Source of the DNA: Candidatus Komeilibacteria bacterium RIFCSPHIGHO2_01_FULL_52_14
Lineage (GTDB): Bacteria > Patescibacteriota > Patescibacteriia > UBA1558 > 2-01-FULL-52-15
Direction: 5' to 3'
DNA length: 40,569 bases
Assembly: GCA_001818365.1 (NCBI GenBank)
Contig: MHKK01000022.1
Span: forward strand, 5,636 to 46,204
The notes under the pieces were generated by a model that was given only the letters and a program-made list of their open reading frames with translations, did not search any database and was not told the origin of the DNA. Positions 17,908 through 27,032 of the stretch are shown here, one piece after another. The stretch's first letter is position 1; the number at the start of each line of letters is the position of its first letter. Both the position numbers and the translations under genes were made by a program.

Positions 17908-18768
17908 ATGGATTGTTCGATCATCATCGTGACCTGGAACGTGCGCGAGCTTGTCGATGCCTGTATCCGTTCACTGCGGGATGGCGCAGGCGCTCTTTCG
18001 TATGAGATTATCGTGGTCGATAACGCTTCGTCGGATGGGACCGCGGAGCATGTCCGCAAAACATTTCCGAACGTAATGGTACTGGCGCAGAAACATAATC
18101 TGGGTTTTGCGGCAGCGAATAATCGCGGTTGCGAGCATGCACGCGGCAGGTTTTTTGTTTTTTTGAACCCAGATACGGAAGTCAGGAAGGGTGCGCTTGA
18201 ACGTCTCGTTCGCTTTATGGACGCAGATCAAAAGGTTGCCATTGCCGCTCCGAAGATCGAGAATCCCGACGGTTCTTTTCAGCAGGGATCGATCCGCAGG
18301 GATCCGTCGCTGCCGGCGCTGCTGCTGATTCTCCTGAAGGTTCAGCGCCTGTTTCAGGGGGGCCGTGCGCTTTCCTCGTATTACTACCGGGATTTCGATC
18401 CGGGAAAGACGCAAGACGTTCCGCAGGCGATGGGGGCGTGTCTCTGTGTCCGCGCGGACGTTATGCGGTCGCTGCGGTATTTCGATGAGCGGTTTTTTCT
18501 GTGGTTCGAGGAGGTCGATCTGTGCCGGCGTGTCCGCGCGGCGCAGTACCGCGTCGTCTTCGTTTCGGATGCCGTTGTAATGCATCACGGAGCACAGAGC
18601 TTTCGACAGCAACTCCCGCTCCGCAAACAGCTCGAATATAACCGGAGCGCTTTCCGCTATTTTTATAAGTACCACGGTGCGGGAGCCGCGTTGCTCCTCG
18701 CCTGCACGATGCCGTTTAATCTGCTGATCTCCGTTTGTTATCAGGCGGTAAAAAAATATGCGCATTGA
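17908..18768 (+). CDS. Glycosyltransferase family 2 (WbbL-like)
   Basis: SIIIVTWN, VVDNASSDGT, NLGFAAANN, FLNPD, FDERFFLWFEEVDLC. Confidence 0.92.
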   Translation: MDCSIIIVTWNVRELVDACIRSLRDGAGALSYEIIVVDNASSDGTAEHVRKTFPNVMVLAQKHNLGFAAANNRGCEHARGRFFVFLNPDTEVRKGALERLVRFMDADQKVAIAAPKIENPDGSFQQGSIRRDPSLPALLLILLKVQRLFQGGRALSSYYYRDFDPGKTQDVPQAMGACLCVRADVMRSLRYFDERFFLWFEEVDLCRRVRAAQYRVVFVSDAVVMHHGAQSFRQQLPLRKQLEYNRSAFRYFYKYHGAGAALLLACTMPFNLLISVCYQAVKKYAH

Positions 18769-20224
18769 AGAGCTGGTTCGAACCGATTGGGCCGTCGTAA
18801 CCGGACTCAGTTTAATCCTGCTGGACGTCGTCTCGCTTGCGGCGTATGTTTTTCCTTTCGTCAACTGGGTAGTGCTTCCGGTCATTGTCGTGGCTTACGC
18901 GTGCGCTCTGTATCTGAAACCGAAGGCCGCTCTGGCGGTGCCTTTGGCCGAATTGGCCTGGGGATCTTTTGGCGCATCCCTGGCATGGGACCTGGGCATG
19001 TTTCACGTAACGCTGCGCACCCTGCTTTTTGTATTGACGCTCGGCATGTTCCTGTTCCGTATCCGCTCGTTGTCGTTTCCGCGTTTTTTCCGGTCACAAT
19101 CCGGCGCGATTGCCCTTTCGATAGCGGCTGCGGTCGCCTGGGGGCTCGCGGTAGCTCTTGTTCGCCAGCAACCGTTCAACCAATTGTATCTTGATGTGAA
19201 CGCATACCTCTTTGGGCTGTATGTCCTGCCCTGGGCGGCGGTGCTGAGACGCGAAGATCTGCCGATGCTCGCATCGGTAGTAGTCGGAGCTGCGATGGCG
19301 CTTGCCGGCAAAACTCTTTTTTTGTTTCATGTTTTTGCAAGCGGTTACGAGTTTCTGAACCCCCACTACCTGTACCTGTGGATCCGTGATACGCGGATCG
19401 GAGAAATAACGCTTGCAGGAAGCGTATGGAGGATTTTTATCCAATCGCAGCTCTATATCGGCATCGTGCTTCTTGGAGCGATTCTCGCCGCGGGTTTTTC
19501 ACGGCGGATGTCCTTCAAATATCTTACCGCGGTAAGCATACTTGCGGCGGCGCTCCTTGCGAGCTCGTCCCGTAGTTATTGGCTCGGATTTGCGGTTGCC
19601 CTTGTTTCCATCGCTGCCGTGTCGGCTGTCCTGAAATTGCGAATGTCATATGCGCGGACCGCAGTGGCGCTCGGGTCCTCCTTGGTGTGTGCGATTCTGC
19701 TGCTTGTTGTTCTGGTCCTTCCCTCGGGCGGCAGGGGAGCGGCGATGTTCTTGGCAGGTCGCATTTCACTGAACGATGCAGCCGGCAGTTCCCGGATGCA
19801 GCAGCTTCCGCCGCTTCTGCGTGCGATAGGCAAGCACGTGATAGCCGGAAGCGGTTTCGGGCAGACCGTTACCTTCTCGTCAAGCGATCCGAGGATCCGG
19901 ACTCCACAGAACCCTTCGGGTACCGTGAACACGTACGCGTTCGAGTGGGGGTATCTTGATCAGCTTTTGAAAATGGGGTTCATTGGTTTCGCGGTCTTTG
20001 CGGGCGCGCTCCTGTATCTCGCCTACTGCCTTGCTTCGGCCCTGAAGCGCGCCGGTGATCGTGCGGCACCCATGACCGTTCTTTTCTCCGGTCTCATTTT
20101 TATCGCCGCGGTCCATATGACCAGTCCCTATCTGAATCACCCCCTGGGAATCGGCTACCTGGCGCTTCTGCTGGCGATTCTGTATGCTCGTACTGAAAAC
20201 GCATATGCCCCGAGTCTCCATTAG
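18758..20224 (+). CDS. O-antigen ligase/polymerase-like membrane protein (Wzy_C-type)
   Basis: Multi-TM; SSSRSYWLG, loop with SR..GSGFG and YLDQLLKMG; sits in the glycan locus. Confidence 0.75.
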   Translation: MRIEELVRTDWAVVTGLSLILLDVVSLAAYVFPFVNWVVLPVIVVAYACALYLKPKAALAVPLAELAWGSFGASLAWDLGMFHVTLRTLLFVLTLGMFLFRIRSLSFPRFFRSQSGAIALSIAAAVAWGLAVALVRQQPFNQLYLDVNAYLFGLYVLPWAAVLRREDLPMLASVVVGAAMALAGKTLFLFHVFASGYEFLNPHYLYLWIRDTRIGEITLAGSVWRIFIQSQLYIGIVLLGAILAAGFSRRMSFKYLTAVSILAAALLASSSRSYWLGFAVALVSIAAVSAVLKLRMSYARTAVALGSSLVCAILLLVVLVLPSGGRGAAMFLAGRISLNDAAGSSRMQQLPPLLRAIGKHVIAGSGFGQTVTFSSSDPRIRTPQNPSGTVNTYAFEWGYLDQLLKMGFIGFAVFAGALLYLAYCLASALKRAGDRAAPMTVLFSGLIFIAAVHMTSPYLNHPLGIGYLALLLAILYARTENAYAPSLH

Positions 20225-21203
20225 TTTGGCCACGTACAACAGTGAGCGGTATGCACGGACCTTTTGCCGCAGTTTACTCTCACAAACGTTTACCGATTGG
20301 GAGCTTTTGATCGTTGATAACAATTCATTCGATCATTCCGTTGAGATCATTCAGGAGCTGATTCCCAACGCGCGCATTTTTCGCCAGAAAAAAAATTTGG
20401 GGTTCGCTCGCGCGCATAATCTGGTAATCGGTTGGACCAGCAGCCCGTACGTGTTCGTCGTCAATCACGACATGATATTCGAGCCGGATTGTCTGGAAAA
20501 AATGGTGGCCGCAATGGATCGCGTGGATGACGTCGCGGCGGTGGGCGGCGCGCTTCTGTATTGGGATTTTGAAGAGCACAAGACAACGCGGCAGATCGAC
20601 AGCATGGGGCTTTCAATTATGAAGAGCTACCGGATCGTGGACCGGCTTCAAGGGGAGCAGATGACGCAACGCGAGGCGGAGCAGGTGTTTGGAGTGAGCG
20701 GTGCCATGGTGCTCTTGCGCCGCGCGGCGCTTGATGCGGTCAAGATCCCAGTGCGGAATACGGGCAGTGCACACGGTTTTGAATTTTTTGATGAGGATTT
20801 TTTTTGCTACAAAGAGGACGCGGATCTCGCATGGCGTCTTGCCATTGCCGGCTGGAAAAGTTACGTGGACCCTGTTGCGGTTGCCTATCATCACCGGAAC
20901 GTAACCGGGCAATCAGCCGGATGGCACGACCGGAAGCAGCGCCGCGAGATTAACCGTTACTCGTACCGGAACCACTTACTGATGATCTATAAAAATCATT
21001 TTTGGCCCGTTACGCTCCGTCACCTGCTGGCGATCAAATGGTTCGAGTTCCAAAAATTTTGGTATCTGCTGTTTCTGGACCGGTCAAGTTTGACGGGTTT
21101 GGGCGAAGCGCTGCGTTTCTATCCGAAGATGCGGAGAAAGCGTCGGCAGATACAGGCGAAACGGCGCCTCACGACACGGGAATTTAACGAGTGGTTGCAA
21201 TGA
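20205..21203 (+). CDS. Glycosyltransferase family 2
   Basis: IVDNNSFD, NLGFARAHN, VNHD, FDEDFFCYKEDADLAWR. Confidence 0.92.
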   Translation: MPRVSISLATYNSERYARTFCRSLLSQTFTDWELLIVDNNSFDHSVEIIQELIPNARIFRQKKNLGFARAHNLVIGWTSSPYVFVVNHDMIFEPDCLEKMVAAMDRVDDVAAVGGALLYWDFEEHKTTRQIDSMGLSIMKSYRIVDRLQGEQMTQREAEQVFGVSGAMVLLRRAALDAVKIPVRNTGSAHGFEFFDEDFFCYKEDADLAWRLAIAGWKSYVDPVAVAYHHRNVTGQSAGWHDRKQRREINRYSYRNHLLMIYKNHFWPVTLRHLLAIKWFEFQKFWYLLFLDRSSLTGLGEALRFYPKMRRKRRQIQAKRRLTTREFNEWLQ

Positions 21204-22015
21204 ACATCGACGTCTCAATTATCGTTTTGAATTATCGGGCTCGCAATCTGATTAAGGAGCAGCTGCGACATTTTTTGTCACAGCAAACGAAGTGCCTATA
21301 CGAAGTGATCGTCGTCGATAACGATTCGGGAGACGGGATACAGGACGTTCTGGCAAAAGATTTCCCGGGCGTAACTTTTATTCAGACCGGGAAGAACCGT
21401 GGCTATGCTGCCGGCAACAACGCCGCTCTTCGGGTCGCAGGGGGGCGGTACTGTCTCATCGTCAATCCCGATATCGTGCTCACTGCCGAAGCCGTTGATC
21501 GTCTTTTTACGTTCATGGAAGCTCATCCGCGCGTGGGGCTTGCGGGACCCATGCTCACCAACGCGGACGGCTCATTGCAATACTCCTGTTTGCGCTTTCC
21601 GACGGTAGTACTTCCGTTCATGCGAAGAACGCCGTTTGCCCGGACCGCGTGGGGGAAGCGATGGCTTGCCTCGTATTTTATGGAGGACTGGGATCATGCG
21701 GCAGCACGGGACGTTGACTGGCTGTTCGGCGCATTCCTGATGGCGCGGCGAAAGGCCGTTGACGAGGTAGGAATGCTCGACGAGCAGTTTTTTCTGTACA
21801 TGGAGGACACGGACTGGTGTCGCCGTTTCTGGCAGCACGGCTGGGCGGTCTACTATGTTCCGGAAGCAAAACTAATACATTTGCTGCGCCGGTCCTCGGA
21901 AGGATCGTTGTGGTCGATCGCCAGTAATCCGCTTGCGCGCGTGCACCTCGGCAGCTTTTTCCGTTACACGAGAAAATATTTTCGGGCGAAAAATCCGCAC
22001 AGCGGAAGCGTTTGA
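21200..22015 (+). CDS. Glycosyltransferase family 2 (WbbL-like)
   Basis: VVDNDSGD, NRGYAAGNN, VNPD, LDEQFFLYMEDTDWCRR; ATGA overlap with the previous gene. Confidence 0.92.
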   Translation: MNIDVSIIVLNYRARNLIKEQLRHFLSQQTKCLYEVIVVDNDSGDGIQDVLAKDFPGVTFIQTGKNRGYAAGNNAALRVAGGRYCLIVNPDIVLTAEAVDRLFTFMEAHPRVGLAGPMLTNADGSLQYSCLRFPTVVLPFMRRTPFARTAWGKRWLASYFMEDWDHAAARDVDWLFGAFLMARRKAVDEVGMLDEQFFLYMEDTDWCRRFWQHGWAVYYVPEAKLIHLLRRSSEGSLWSIASNPLARVHLGSFFRYTRKYFRAKNPHSGSV

Positions 22016-22033
22016 TTGTGGTATACTTACTCG

Positions 22034-22759
22034 ATGGAACAGCATAAGCGAGCCGGATTCATTCATCACGAAAATTCGCGCATCATGTCGGTTTTGCGCG
22101 AAGTGGTTTTTGGCTCCGAGGACGGCATGGTGTCAACTCTGGGAGCTCTGACGGGGATTGCTGTCGGTACCAGCAATCATTTTACCGTTGTGCTGGCCGG
22201 GTTCGTCATCATTCTGGTCGAATCCATTTCCATGGCCGTCGGCGCGTACTTATCGGAGAAATCGGAAAAAGAGGTTGAACAGCGTAAACTGGACGAGGAA
22301 CGCATCGAGCTCCGCGAAATGCCGGATCACGAACGTGAGGAATTGGTCGAGATGTATGAGCGTGACGGATGGCCGAAGGATCTGTCGAGCAAGATGGCGG
22401 AGGTCGCATCCAAGAACGAGGAGCTTTTTTTGAAGGAAATGGCGTACCGCGAATTGTCGATCGCGCACGGAAAAGAAGAGGCGACGGCGCTTCGCGGCGG
22501 TGTATACATGTTTTTCGCGTACATGATCGGTGGTGCAATCCCGCTGGTACCCTACATTTTTTTGCCGATAGCGACCGCCATGCTTGTCTCCATCGTCGTA
22601 ACGTTCACCGGGTTGTTTCTGCTTGGAGTTGCAACAACGCGTTTCACGCGCCGGGTCTGGTGGCGGGCAGGTTTTGAGATGCTGGTCCTTGCCAGCGCAG
22701 CCGCCATAGCCGGCACGATCATCGGCACGCTCGCTAACAAATATATTGCCGGCGCATGA
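22034..22759 (+). CDS. VIT1/CCC1 family Fe/Mn transporter
   Basis: REVVFGSEDG, ESISMAVGAYLS, Glu-rich cytoplasmic domain, IPLVPY; TGGTATACT ends 6 nt before the ATG. Confidence 0.92.
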   Translation: MEQHKRAGFIHHENSRIMSVLREVVFGSEDGMVSTLGALTGIAVGTSNHFTVVLAGFVIILVESISMAVGAYLSEKSEKEVEQRKLDEERIELREMPDHEREELVEMYERDGWPKDLSSKMAEVASKNEELFLKEMAYRELSIAHGKEEATALRGGVYMFFAYMIGGAIPLVPYIFLPIATAMLVSIVVTFTGLFLLGVATTRFTRRVWWRAGFEMLVLASAAAIAGTIIGTLANKYIAGA

Positions 22760-23118
22760 ATACGTTTAACGTTCCGAAGAAACGCTCGGTACTCTTTCAG
22801 GCCTGGCTCGCGCTCGGAATTCTTTCATGCTTCGCTTTTTTTATATTTCTCGCGAGCGAATCGGTTTTCTTGCGTTCGAGCTGCTGTTCCTGCCCTCAGA
22901 ACCAGTGGAAACTCGGCTCGGCTGTTTTTGAGGTCGCGTCGCTCGTTTCGTACCCTCCGAATTCATGTTCGGAAGCGCGGTGCAGCCGTTACGGCTGTAC
23001 GTTCGCCCGGAACATTTTTCCCGTCGATCTGTTCGTGACCGCGCTCGTGGCACTGAACGCGGCAACCATACTGCATGCCAGACGAAAGAGGACCGTTGTG
23101 CTGCCGATGAACGGTTGA
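22756..23118 (+). CDS. Small Cys-rich two-TM hypothetical protein
   Basis: ATGA overlap with VIT1; two TM segments flank CCSC..C..C..C. Confidence 0.6.
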   Translation: MNTFNVPKKRSVLFQAWLALGILSCFAFFIFLASESVFLRSSCCSCPQNQWKLGSAVFEVASLVSYPPNSCSEARCSRYGCTFARNIFPVDLFVTALVALNAATILHARRKRTVVLPMNG

Positions 23119-23166
23119 TTTTTAGGTTCGGTACGGGTATAGTGAACGCTGCAGCGGCCTTTTTTT

Positions 23167-24756
23167 ATGTTTTGGGCATATCGCATGCGCGACGAAATCA
23201 TCGCGCGCTATCAACCGGTTATCAAGAGGGGAGAGCCCCTTATTATTCGTGATGAGAAAACAATGTCCGGCAGGGTCCATATCGGTTCGCTGCGCGGTGT
23301 TGTTATTCACGGGGTCATCTCCGAGGTTTTAAAAGAGAAAAAAATAAAGAATCAGTATCTGTTCGAGATCAATGATTTCGATCCGATGGACGGACTGCCG
23401 GTCTACGTGGATCAGGAGCGCTTTCGCCCTTACATGGGGAAACTGCTCTGTGATGTGCCGTCTCCAGACGGGAAGGCAAAAAACTTTGCGGATTACTGGG
23501 CCAGGGAGTTCCTGGGCATTATTGCAACGCTCGGATTTTCACCAAAGCCGTATTATTCCAGCGACGAATACCGGGCTGGTGCCTATAACGAGACGATTCG
23601 CCTGGCGCTCGATAACGCCGCAGCCATTCGGGCGATCTACAAGGAAGTTTCGGGCTCGGTCAAAGACGCCGATTGGTATCCGCTCCAAGTCGTGTGCGAG
23701 TCGTGCGGCACGGTCGGAACGACAAAGGTTAACGGATGGGACGGGAACAAGGTCACCTATCGGTGTGAAGAAGCCCTTGTGAAGTGGGCGGCTGGTTGCG
23801 GCCATTCCGGCACCGTAAACCCGTTTGACGGTCGCGGAAAACTGCCGTGGAAGGTGGAATGGGCTGCAAAATTCAAGGTGCACGGCGTGCATATCGAAGG
23901 CGGAGGGAAAGACCATTACACGAAGGGCGGCGCCCGACAGATCGCAGCCAGAATTTGCAAAGAAATCTTCAAGTATGAGCCGCCGTACGATATTCCGTAT
24001 AATTTTTTCGTCGTGGGCGGGAAAAAGATGTCATCGTCCAAAGGAATGGGATCAAGTTCCAAAGAGATCGCCGATCTTTTGCCGCCGCGGCTGCTTCGAT
24101 TTTTGATGCTCCGCGAGCCAAGCAAGGAAATCGATTTTGATCCGTACGGCGACACCATACCGATTTTGTACGATACATTCGACACGTATGCACGGGCATT
24201 TTTTGAAAAGAAAGATGATGATTTTGCGGCGTTATTTCCTTATGCGTTTCCCGCCGGTGAACGGGCAAAGCTGAAGAAGATTTTTTTACCGAGGTTTTCC
24301 CAAATCGCCTACTTAAGCCAGATGCCGCACATTACGTTAGACCAGGCCGTTGCGGAAATGAAAGGATCGAAGCTGACGGCGGCCGAGCGAACGGAGATGA
24401 ATGCACGCTTTACCCGGGCGCTTGGTTGGCTCGAGAAATACGGCCCGGAGAAATACAAGCTTACGATACAGACAGAACTGCCGGAACAAACCAAATCGTT
24501 TAGCCCGCTCCAAAAAAAAGCGTTGGCGAGTATCCTGCAGTACATGCGGGAGAACAAGAAGTTTTCTGGAGCGGAGCTTCACGAGAAGATTCACGCGATC
24601 AAATCGGAACTCGGCATCCCTCCGGTGGAACTTTTCTCGGCGCTGTATCTGACATTTTTGGCAAAGACATCGGGCCCGCAGGCAGGATGGTTCTTGACGG
24701 CGCTTCCGCGGGAGTTCGTTCTCAACCGACTTGAGGAAGTATCAAAGCTCAAGTAG
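23167..24756 (+). CDS. lysS: Lysine--tRNA ligase, class I
   Basis: MFWA start, SGRVHIGSLRG (HIGH), KLPWKVEW, EGGGKDH, KMSSSKG (KMSKS). Confidence 0.95.
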   Translation: MFWAYRMRDEIIARYQPVIKRGEPLIIRDEKTMSGRVHIGSLRGVVIHGVISEVLKEKKIKNQYLFEINDFDPMDGLPVYVDQERFRPYMGKLLCDVPSPDGKAKNFADYWAREFLGIIATLGFSPKPYYSSDEYRAGAYNETIRLALDNAAAIRAIYKEVSGSVKDADWYPLQVVCESCGTVGTTKVNGWDGNKVTYRCEEALVKWAAGCGHSGTVNPFDGRGKLPWKVEWAAKFKVHGVHIEGGGKDHYTKGGARQIAARICKEIFKYEPPYDIPYNFFVVGGKKMSSSKGMGSSSKEIADLLPPRLLRFLMLREPSKEIDFDPYGDTIPILYDTFDTYARAFFEKKDDDFAALFPYAFPAGERAKLKKIFLPRFSQIAYLSQMPHITLDQAVAEMKGSKLTAAERTEMNARFTRALGWLEKYGPEKYKLTIQTELPEQTKSFSPLQKKALASILQYMRENKKFSGAELHEKIHAIKSELGIPPVELFSALYLTFLAKTSGPQAGWFLTALPREFVLNRLEEVSKLK

Positions 24757-24768
24757 TATTAAATAACT

Positions 24769-26031
24769 ATGTTAGACATCAATTTCATCATTGAAAACAA
24801 AAAGAAGGTTGAGGAGGCGATCAGGAACAAGGGCATTAAATGCGATTTGAAGGCCTTGCTTTCCGCCGATAAGGAGCGCCGGTCGCTGCTCCAGAAAGTG
24901 GAGGAGTTGAATCGGAAGCGCAACGAAAACGCGGCATCAATGAAGCCGAAAGGCGCCAAACCCGATCCCCGGCAGATCGAGGAAGGCAAACGAATCAAGG
25001 AGGAACTTGCAAAGCTCGATCCGGCGCTGCGCGAGGTTGAAGCACGGTTTAACGACGTCATGCTCCGCGTGCCGAACGTGTATTCCGATGACACGCCGGT
25101 CGGCAAAGACGATTCCGAAAATAAAGAACTCCGGACCTGGGGAAAAATTCCAAAGTTCGATTTTCCTGCCAAGGATCACCTGCAACTCGGCACCGAGCTT
25201 GATTTGATTGATACCGAACGCGGCACTAAAGTTGTCGGTTTCCGCGGGTACTTCCTTAAAAACGATCTTGCGCGGCTGCACTGGGCAGTCATGACCTATG
25301 CGTTCAACAAAATGATTGCAAAGGGCTATTCGCCTTTCATCACACCGTCACTGGTCAATGAGATCGGGCTCACGGCAACCGGCTGGTTTCCTCTCGTTAA
25401 GGACCAGGTGTATCCGGTAGAGGATAAGTTTTTATCCGGAACTGCGGAAGTTGCGCTCATGGGGTATCGTGCGAATGAGATTATTGAAACCAAGGAGCTT
25501 CCGCTGAAGTATTGCGGATTCTCGCCGTGCTTCCGGCGCGAAGCCGGCAGCTACGGCAAAGACACAAAGGGCCTGTATCGCGTTCACGAATTTTGGAAAG
25601 TTGAGCAGGTTGTTATATGCGAAAACGATCTTTCGGTGTCCCTCGCGTTATTCGAGGAGCTGCTGCACATTGCCGAGGAGATATTGCAGGATTTGGGGCT
25701 TGCATACCGCGTACTCGCCATCTGTACCGGTGATATGGGAGCGGGGAAGTATAAGATGTACGATATCGAGACGTGGATGCCTTCACGGAAGAGCTACGGT
25801 GAAACCCATTCATGTTCTTTGCTGACCGACTGGCAAGCGCGCCGCGCGAATATCCGCTACCGCGCTTCCGACGGTTCCGTCCGTTACCCGCATACCATGA
25901 ATAATACAGTGATCGCATCGCCGCGGATTTTGATTGCGCTTTTGGAAAATTATCAGCAGGCTGACGGCACGATTGCCGTTCCAAAGGTTTTGCAGCCCTT
26001 GATGGGTGGGCAGAAAAGTATCGGAGCTTAA
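24769..26031 (+). CDS. serS: Serine--tRNA ligase
   Basis: MLDI start, coiled-coil arm, GTAEV, CFRREAGSYGKDTKGLYRVHEF, YDIETW, HTMNNT. Confidence 0.97.
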   Translation: MLDINFIIENKKKVEEAIRNKGIKCDLKALLSADKERRSLLQKVEELNRKRNENAASMKPKGAKPDPRQIEEGKRIKEELAKLDPALREVEARFNDVMLRVPNVYSDDTPVGKDDSENKELRTWGKIPKFDFPAKDHLQLGTELDLIDTERGTKVVGFRGYFLKNDLARLHWAVMTYAFNKMIAKGYSPFITPSLVNEIGLTATGWFPLVKDQVYPVEDKFLSGTAEVALMGYRANEIIETKELPLKYCGFSPCFRREAGSYGKDTKGLYRVHEFWKVEQVVICENDLSVSLALFEELLHIAEEILQDLGLAYRVLAICTGDMGAGKYKMYDIETWMPSRKSYGETHSCSLLTDWQARRANIRYRASDGSVRYPHTMNNTVIASPRILIALLENYQQADGTIAVPKVLQPLMGGQKSIGA

Positions 26032-26104
26032 GAGACGGCCTATGGCGGCGGGCACGCAGCTCATGTCGGTGCTTATGTCCGGCAGTGTTGCCTAGTTTTC
26101 ACGT

Positions 26105-26944
26105 ATGCGATTTTCAGGATCACAAAAATTGTTTCGTCCAAAAAAAGCACCGTCCTCGCCGGTGTTTACGGCTTCCCGCCGGTCGCTTGTATACCGGGAT
26201 CATTATGCAAACGCGGACAAGAAGCAATTCAGGCGGGCCAAGATCATCATCGGGTGTATTGCGGCGATTTTGCTTATCCAGAGTATTTTTCATATTCCTG
26301 CTTTTCGGCTCAGCGCGATAGACGTGCGCGGGCTGCAGTATCTTTCTGCCGATGAACTTCGTCCGTTTATCGACTCACAACTGATGCGCCGCCGATTCGT
26401 GCTGTTCAGGAACGACAATTATTTTCTCTTTAACGCGAGGTCGCTGGTACAGGAGCTCGAGCAGTCGTATTTCATGAGCATACGCGGCATTCATAAAATA
26501 TTTCCCAACAAGCTCGTTCTTGACGTTCATGAGCAGGTCGGCGGCTTCGTAGTTCAGGAATCCGACGGCTATTTTACGGTTGATCGCAGGGGAGCGAGGA
26601 TAGAGGATACGCCCGCGCCGCCGCAGGGCATGACCGTACTTGCCGATGAACGTGTGGACCGCTCAAAGCCGGTTGCGGTGGCTTATTTGGAGCAGGCCGC
26701 GGCGCTTCATGAGCTATGGAATGAGCGGGTCCCCCGGGGGTTTATCATTGCCGCTTTCAATATGAATGACGAAAACGACCGCATGACACTGACGACGGAC
26801 AAGGGATTCAAGGTGTATTTCAACACGCAGCTTCCGATCGATGTGCAGGTGGACCGGTTCGCTTCGTTCGTCTCGGATGCCAGCTATGAGCAACCGCGGG
26901 AATACGTCGATCTGCGTTTCGGAGAGAGCCTGTATATCCGATAA
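26105..26944 (+). CDS. FtsQ/DivIB-like cell division protein (TM plus POTRA)
   Basis: Basic N-terminal tail, single TM, FRLSAIDVRG POTRA start, KIFPNKL, C-terminal YVDLRF. Confidence 0.75.
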   Translation: MRFSGSQKLFRPKKAPSSPVFTASRRSLVYRDHYANADKKQFRRAKIIIGCIAAILLIQSIFHIPAFRLSAIDVRGLQYLSADELRPFIDSQLMRRRFVLFRNDNYFLFNARSLVQELEQSYFMSIRGIHKIFPNKLVLDVHEQVGGFVVQESDGYFTVDRRGARIEDTPAPPQGMTVLADERVDRSKPVAVAYLEQAAALHELWNERVPRGFIIAAFNMNDENDRMTLTTDKGFKVYFNTQLPIDVQVDRFASFVSDASYEQPREYVDLRFGESLYIR

Positions 26945-27032
26945 ACGCTTACGGTATATCCGGCCCCCGGATAAACGGCATCGGGTTCTTTTTTTTCCGT
27001 ACCTGTGATACGCTACGTCCACAATTTTATCT

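Noticed and set aside
26950-26967. TATCCGG-CCC-CCGGATA hairpin as a terminator
   Set aside because: Short, with the T-run about 17 nt away; cannot distinguish a terminator from a degenerate repeat.
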